64,000 nucleotides of DNA from Histomonas meleagridis 2922-C6/04-290x (lineage: Eukaryota; Protista; Parabasalia), in NCBI GenBank assembly GCA_020184695.1, contig JAANOX010000171.1, positions 26,924 through 90,923 on the forward strand, read 5' to 3'. The translations under genes and the position numbers were made by a program. A model generated the notes under the pieces. The model made no database searches. It was not told where the DNA came from and was given only the letters and a program-made list of their open reading frames with translations. Below are positions 58,035 to 64,000 of this stretch, piece by piece; the first letter of the stretch is position 1, and every line of letters starts with the position of its first letter.

Positions 58035-58307
58035 TTATATTTTTTCTTTTTCAATAATTTCTTCCTCTTCGATTTTCTCTTCTTCTTCTTCTGGAATATA
58101 TGTGAAACTTTCAGTGGGTCTTCCGTCCCATATTAATTTAGGTTTGTTCTTATTTTTAGTTGAAGGATAATAAAACAAGTCTTTATTAATGTAGAATATT
58201 TTTAAACCTTTTTTGACATCATTATCTAATAAAAATTTTAATAATGTTACCATTATTCTCATAATATGATTAAATAATTCTACATCATCAATATAAATAT
58301 TGTACAA
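58035..58307 (-). CDS. Small acidic-tailed Maverick hypothetical protein
   Basis: 90-aa ORF separated from the next ATG by TAA-TAT-AAT. Confidence 0.4.
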   Translation of the reverse strand: MYNIYIDDVELFNHIMRIMVTLLKFLLDNDVKKGLKIFYINKDLFYYPSTKNKNKPKLIWDGRPTESFTYIPEEEEEKIEEEEIIEKEKI

Positions 58308-58363
58308 ATGTTGTGGAATTGTTTTTTGTATTTCTTCATCATATTCAATACTGAAATCAAAAT

Positions 58364-58993
58364 CTATATTACTTTTATTTCAGGTACATCTAGCATATAT
58401 CTAAAAAAGTATTTGAACCAATCTTTAAATAAATCAATAAGAAATTGTTTATCTCCAAAAGTTAAACTACTAAAAAAATTCAAATATAATAAAGTAAACT
58501 TATGATCATAAAATAAAGTATTAAATATATCAAAAATATATGGTGGATGTTTGTTTTGATGTATAAAAAAGGTTTCATTGCTTTCACTATCATTAATATA
58601 TCTAAAATTATAATTCAAAAATTCATTAAAATCATAAACAATGGAATAACCTTGATCATTTTCTTCTTCATATTCTTTTTGTATAACGAAACCTATAATG
58701 AATTTTCTCTCAATTTTGTTGTGTTCTGGTAAATATTTAATTAGTAATTTATCAAAATCGTCTAATAATAAAGAATAATGTGTATCCATAAATGTTTCAA
58801 CTGATTTGAATGTAAAAAGTTCATTTTCATATGTAAGTATATGTTGTACTAGTACATTTTCATTTTCTCCATTTTTTTCAATCAATTCGTACCATATAGA
58901 ATTAAATTTTGTTGATTCTTTGTTTAAATCAAATTGAATGTCTCTATTAATTTGTTTTGCTAACATTATATCTAAATCTTTTGTTTTTGTCAT
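58364..58993 (-). CDS. Maverick hypothetical protein, paralog family A
   Basis: Intact 209-aa ORF sharing the PxY..xFN....F..F.NFF..L...D...LI..F..W motif with its neighbours. Confidence 0.6.
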   Translation of the reverse strand: MTKTKDLDIMLAKQINRDIQFDLNKESTKFNSIWYELIEKNGENENVLVQHILTYENELFTFKSVETFMDTHYSLLLDDFDKLLIKYLPEHNKIERKFIIGFVIQKEYEEENDQGYSIVYDFNEFLNYNFRYINDSESNETFFIHQNKHPPYIFDIFNTLFYDHKFTLLYLNFFSSLTFGDKQFLIDLFKDWFKYFFRYMLDVPEIKVI

Positions 58994-59005
58994 AATATTG
59001 TTTTC

Positions 59006-59800
59006 TTATTCTTCTTTTGCTTCTATTTCTTCTTTCATTCTTTTTTCATTTTGTATTTGTTGATAAGTTTTACTAACAAATATTTTATTGTATATTTCCG
59101 GAAATTCTTGTTTTAATTTAGTTTTTTTATTAATCAAATACAATACACTATAAAATAATATTAATGATTCAAAAAACCAGACTTTAATATTAGTGTATTT
59201 TTGTAATTCTGGATAACTAGGTGGGATAGTTAAGGTGACATCATTTACTTTCAAGAAAGTTACTTCAAAATTGGGTATAAAATAAGAAAACTTCAACAAC
59301 CAATTTTGGAATATGTTTATAAGAGATATTTGATCTTCATTCTTCATTTCATCGAAAAAATTAAGAAAAAATAATCCAATCTGTGTATCAGAAGCTATGG
59401 AATTAAACCAATCTATAATATACACAGGATAGTCTTTTTTGATAGAATAAAAAGGTTCTTCGTTTTGTAATTCTTCAATATTAGATTCTATAAAAAGATC
59501 AATATCAAGTTCTTCATCTGTTCCTTCTATTTTGAAATATATTTTAAAAATATTATTACGTTTTGGACTTACATTGGGTAAAAAGAAGGTAAATTCATTG
59601 TGTTGTGAATAAAAAGCATATGGAGAATGTATAAGGATATGTTGAACTCGACTGCTATAAGAATAATGATAATTAGAATAAGTAAATTGTGTTTTTTTGT
59701 TTTCACTATTTAAATATATAATACTATCATAAAATATTTGGTATTTTTTTTTTTTTTTTTGTTTTTGTACAATTTGTTCTTCTTCTTGTTCTTGCTCCAT
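59006..59800 (-). CDS. Maverick hypothetical protein, paralog family A
   Basis: Intact 264-aa ORF with YPVYIIDWFNS...LFFLNFFDEMKNEDQISLINIFQNW. Confidence 0.6.
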   Translation of the reverse strand: MEQEQEEEQIVQKQKKKKKYQIFYDSIIYLNSENKKTQFTYSNYHYSYSSRVQHILIHSPYAFYSQHNEFTFFLPNVSPKRNNIFKIYFKIEGTDEELDIDLFIESNIEELQNEEPFYSIKKDYPVYIIDWFNSIASDTQIGLFFLNFFDEMKNEDQISLINIFQNWLLKFSYFIPNFEVTFLKVNDVTLTIPPSYPELQKYTNIKVWFFESLILFYSVLYLINKKTKLKQEFPEIYNKIFVSKTYQQIQNEKRMKEEIEAKEE

Positions 59801-60089
59801 ATATTTTTAAAATTTTTTTGATGGTTGTTGTGGTGGTTCATATTCTTCTTCTTCTTCTATTTTTATTTTTTTTTTTGTTGATTTAATGACTGGACTTTTG
59901 TAATTTGTCTTAGTCTGCATTGATAAAATGAAGTGGAATAATAACTGTCTAACATTGTATCAAAATATTTTGTGAAAAATGTTTAAGTCAATCTTTGATA
60001 ATATTTTATAATATAAATTGTATCAAATAACTTTGCCACAGAGGTTTTAGTCAAAATTTGATAATATTTTTATAAATATAAATGTTTAT

Positions 60090-61726
60090 TTAATAACCGT
60101 CTGGTGTACCATTGGCATAATATTTCAAACCGTTATGTAAATCTAATGTGAAATAAGTATCACGACAAATGAATAATTGTGGAGGAGGTGGATGATTTCC
60201 AGAATCATCTATATTATAATATGTATCATTAGCTTGAGTATAAATTGGATAAATTTTAATTTGTATTGATATATTTTGACCATTAGAATCTAAACCATCA
60301 AATACGTCTCCACCATGTGAACGTTCACATTGTATATTAAGCATAAATGAAGCTGCATCACTTAATGTATAATTATATCTTGTACCATTTGAAGCATTCC
60401 TTTCCATAGTTAAAGAATCTTCAAATTCTTTAGTACATTGTATTCCACCATCTAAATCAGAAGCAACTAATTGATATTGTAAAAATCTAGCACCTAAAGT
60501 AGAAACAGGTTCATCAGGATAATTTTGACCTGCAATAGTTAATTGAACATTATTATAAATAGGATTATCGAAACAAGTATAATCATTAGCATGTTTTTGA
60601 AATACAACTGTAATAGTTGTAACATTAAATAAAGGCATATTAATAGTAGATTGTATACCAGATTCAGTAGCAGCTAAAGCAAATGCATTATAATCTAATT
60701 GTTGTGAAGGAATTAATAAACCTCCAGGTTGTTGAAGTATTTGAGCTATTTTATTTAAAGTTTCTTCTTTAACTCCAAAACCATACATATTAGATTTACA
60801 TGAAAGTACAGTTAAACCTGTACAATATAAAGAAACATTCTCAGTTGCAGTATCAATAGTATGATTAGTTTCAGTATCACATTTAAATGTAGTAGTTATA
60901 TTAGCAGAATTACCTATTTGAGTAAAACCATGAGTAAATAAAGGTAAATTATTAAATGTAGCATTAATAGAAGAATCTTTTGAAAATTCTTTAACTTCTT
61001 TAATTTTTACGTGGATCTACTTGACACCAAACTAAACCATTTTTGTTTAACATAAAAACTTTAATTCAATATCCCCAACTAATGTATTTGGGTATATCTT
61101 AAATGCTTGTAAAGCTAATATATCTTCAAATGGAAGATTCATTTCAAATTCGATATCATGTTTATTTTCCATCTGCAATTGTATTTTAAATCAACATAAG
61201 TACCACAAACAGATTGAGAATATTCTGAGAACATTTTTCATATAAAGAATGTAGTATATTTTCTAGTTTTCTTTTCAGCATAGGTTTTAATTGTTGAATA
61301 ACAATAACCTTCACGACAACATTCATTTTGTTGATAACCAGTAGAAATATTATTAGACATAATTTGTAATTGATCTAATAATTGATTAGAACTCTTAAAA
61401 CCTATAAATATTTTAGCTAAATGCTCAGGATCTTGTAAATTACTACTAAATGATATAGCTTTTGATAATTGTACAGTTATTCTAATTTTAAAATTAATAA
61501 AACCTTCAGTTATTCGTGAAATCATATGATCACCATGAGTAATTCTTAATCTAGTTTCTTGTGATTGATTAAATGGTGCATTTTGATCATGACAATCTTC
61601 AGTTCTTAAAATAAAAGAACGAGTACCATCATTTTTAGCAATTAAATCTTTAAGACGATCAAAATAAGCTCCAACATTACCTTGATCATTTTGTTCATTT
61701 TTAGATTGCGTATTATTATAATACAT
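60090..61726 (-). pseudogene. Putative major capsid protein (double jelly-roll), frameshifted
   Basis: Collinear ORFs 61238-61726 and 60090-60788 span ~545 codons of beta-strand-rich N/T/S/Q sequence; size and context fit a Polinton MCP; fold not verifiable by eye. Confidence 0.55.
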
Positions 61727-61734
61727 TAATAAAA

Positions 61735-61752
61735 ATGAAAAATATTTTTCAT
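61735..61752. promoter_or_regulatory. Perfect 18-bp palindrome forming a bidirectional Inr-like core between MCP and ORF 61761
   Basis: ATGAAAAATATTTTTCAT sits centred in the 34-bp divergent intergenic gap and gives a TCAT Inr-like motif on each strand ~8 nt before each ATG. Confidence 0.55.
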
Positions 61753-61760
61753 AATTTTTA

Positions 61761-62045
61761 ATGGCGTGGGGGTTGTGGAATAAATTTAAAAACGGTATAA
61801 AGAAAATAGGACCTTTACTTAAAAAAGTGAAAGAAGGATTCGCAAAAATTAGTCCGCATATTGCAAAAGGTTATGAATTTGCAAAACAACATAAAGAAGA
61901 TATTAAAAAGATAGGAATTTTAAAGAAATTACCTGTAGATAAAATATTTGAAGTAGGTGATAGAATAGCTCCTATATTTAAATCAGTGAGTATGGCAGCA
62001 AATGATAAGATCTTCTCTAATTTACATGCTGATTTTTATAAATAA
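61761..62045 (+). CDS. Small cationic amphipathic-helix protein (adenovirus pVI-like candidate membrane-penetration protein 1)
   Basis: MAWGLWNKFKNGIKKIGPLLKKVKEGFAKI: W/F/L/I alternating with K. Confidence 0.65.
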   Translation: MAWGLWNKFKNGIKKIGPLLKKVKEGFAKISPHIAKGYEFAKQHKEDIKKIGILKKLPVDKIFEVGDRIAPIFKSVSMAANDKIFSNLHADFYK

Positions 62046-62076
62046 AAGAAATAATTATTTATTTTTATTATTATTT

Positions 62077-62343
62077 ATGGCTGGGGTTGGAACAAAAATT
62101 AAAAATGGATTTAAAAAAGCTGGTGCTTGGATTAAAAATAAAATTATTAAACCAGTTGGTAGATTTGTTGGTAATGTATGGAATAAAGTAGCTAAACCTG
62201 TTGTAAATACAGTAGGTAAAATACCTGGAATTGAAAATTTACCTGGTCATGCAGGTGCTATTGCAAAAGGAATTAAAATAGCAGATAAATTCTCACCTGT
62301 TATAGATGGTGTAGCAGATGCACTAGTTGGTCAAAAGAAATAA
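62077..62343 (+). CDS. Small cationic amphipathic-helix protein 2
   Basis: MAGVGTKIKNGFKKAGAWIKNKIIKPVGRFVGNVWNKVAKPV; ATG at 62077. Confidence 0.65.
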   Translation: MAGVGTKIKNGFKKAGAWIKNKIIKPVGRFVGNVWNKVAKPVVNTVGKIPGIENLPGHAGAIAKGIKIADKFSPVIDGVADALVGQKK

Positions 62344-62369
62344 TAAAATATTATTTATATATATTGTTT

Positions 62370-62474
62370 TTGAATTTTTTGAAACTAAACTATACCAAAT
62401 CCCAGGCGTCCTTAAAGGACGCCTGCGTCCAATTTGGTATAGTTTAGTTTCAAAAAATTCAATGCTATAGCATT
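62370..62474. repeat. Right-end 93-bp hairpin followed by a 14-bp palindrome
   Basis: Perfect 31-bp arms 62370-62400 / 62432-62462; inner GC stem CAGGCGTCCT-TAA-AGGACGCCTG; AATGCTATAGCATT at 62461-62474. Confidence 0.93.
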
Positions 62475-64000
62475 TTCTGACACTGAGTTTTTGTTATAAT
62501 GTTAAATCAGTTATTTATCAGTTCACTTTGATAAATGCAACAGTTCAGCAGCAGACAGTGACAACGAGGAAGAAGAAGTTAGGTTGATATATAGTTCAAA
62601 GGGATATTATGATCCGATGAACTTGGTTGAAGAAAACTTTGGTCCTATGTCTATAGAAAGTTACATTATTAGCAAAGTGCGAGCCTGCAAATATAAATGT
62701 CTGGTTTTGATGTAGATATAGTTATAGGGGACTTTGATTTTAGTGTACACTTGGGCTATACCTGAAAGACGAATACAGCCTAGTGACTTACATTACCTTC
62801 CTATAGAAAAGTTCGATTTGGATGACCCTACGTTCAACGCTGAAGATGTAGTTACTATGGGATGTATTTGTATATCACGCAATATGTTACGTGAAGTTGA
62901 ATATAGATAAGATAAGGATATTAACTGACACTGATAGATGGGTGAGCTTGCAATCATTACAGGAAGCTTCATACTTTTTGAGTTTTTCACGAGTGATTTT
63001 CTGTATTAGAAAAATACTTAAGGGTCAACAAGCTTTAAGCATTTATAATCCGTATTTAATAATTACTCCATATCAGGACCACGCCCACGTAGAGAAGCAT
63101 AATAGTAGGTCAAACTAAATAATTTCTTATTTCACCATCATTTTTATTTATGTCTGTATAAACCTGGGGTTATAGGAAACCTATTACAACAAAAATAGGT
63201 TAAATATTCCTGAAATTCTACAAATTTAAAGAGAGTATAGACATAGAAGGGGTGACATTTACGAATGCAATTGCTATGCGAGAAACCAATACCATTTTCT
63301 AGCTTTACGACAAAATAGTGAAATATATGTTATACCTATGATTAAATATAAATACTCATTTTGTGTTTATTTAATTCTTTTGATCTATTTGTTCTACTGA
63401 CCATAATAGAAGAAAAACGTAGTAACATAAATTGTCTCTTTCCGTGTCGTCTTGAGCATTGTCTATTAGGTGAAGTGTCAAAATTATATTAAAATAATCA
63501 TGCAGAAATCGAAATGTAAAAAGAAATTCATCCCTCAGACTATTATGAAGTGATTAATCGTATTCAAATGAGGTTTAAAACTATCGGGATCTAAGATTGA
63601 ATTCCATGTCAAATACTGTTTGGAATTCATTATTATCAGGTATCTTATGTGAAATAGTATATTATTAACTTCATTGTTGGTTGATTCACTTAGAAATGCA
63701 TGATTACCATCTTCCGAAATTCTCTCTAATTGAGTGAAACGAATCTCTAGATACTGAATATTATTAGTGTGGTGGCTTTTTACTATCGGTAATTGGTATT
63801 GATACTTTGATATTTCTCTGTTTGAAAAATTCAATCAACTCCTTGATGATTACAGAATAGAAATCTTGAAAATTTTTATGTTTGATAATCATGCCAAATT
63901 GGCTTAATTCTAAATTATTGTTAAAATTGCCAAGTTTGTCATCTTTTGGTCCAAAAATAAAAGAAAGCAACCGCTTGTAGCTTGTCTGGATCTCTTTGAT

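Larger units (their letters stand above)
46457..62462. mobile_element. Decayed Maverick/Polinton-like endogenous dsDNA virus (~16 kb)
   Basis: Co-located pPolB, A32-like packaging ATPase, rve-type integrase, putative major and minor capsid and fibre genes; compact bidirectional gene packing; many nonsense and frameshift lesions; no TIR pair or TSD found in the window, so the right boundary is inferred. Confidence 0.88.

Noticed and set aside
62447-62452. GTTTCA as a 6-bp target-site duplication matching 46451-46456
   Set aside because: It lies inside the perfect right arm of the hairpin, the following sequence does not resume the ankyrin spacer (no TGGAA motif or TAL exon), and such a hexamer is common in AT-rich DNA.
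62758-62768. TATACCTGAAA as a remnant right TIR (reverse complement resembles TTTCAGGTA at the left junction)
   Set aside because: The match is only ~9 bp, overlaps host flank on the left, and does not extend into the GC-rich left terminus.
62480-64000. Short ORFs right of the element as additional viral or transposase genes
   Set aside because: Fragmentary, with no recognisable motifs; may be a decayed gene but no call can be supported.

Overview
AT-rich eukaryotic genomic DNA, most likely from a parabasalid (Tritrichomonas/Trichomonas-like protist). This is inferred from compact, essentially intronless housekeeping genes, TCA(T/C)T Inr-like motifs just before ATGs, and DUF3447-type ankyrin, BspA-LRR and Maverick-type gene families. 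1-27 kb is a gene-dense block: GBP/atlastin-like GTPase, ATG18, nitroreductase, NEK-kinase/small-GTPase fusion, a 3300-aa protein with ~24 C2 domains, RBBP5, CAMK kinase, a 33-bp minisatellite, an atypical Rho and beta-adaptin. 30-46 kb holds three DUF3447-like ankyrin genes plus a tetraspanin, Sec24, a VPS9-like gene and a BspA-DEAD-box chimera. The most unusual signal is in the ankyrin genes. Every 90-nt ankyrin exon is separated by an AT-rich spacer, exactly 80 nt in 13 cases, giving a 170-bp period. The spacers break the frame, lack usable GT-AG or trichomonad branch signals, and carry a TGGAA-like motif fixed 24 nt upstream of the next repeat. They are candidate non-canonical introns or bypass elements. 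46.5-62.5 kb is a decayed ~16-kb Maverick/Polinton-like endogenous DNA virus (penton, fibre, integrase, packaging ATPase, pPolB, major capsid, two amphipathic protein-VI-like ORFs). It is inserted inside one of those spacers and, within this window, is bounded by two different long hairpins rather than by TIRs. All assignments come from motif reading, not database searches.
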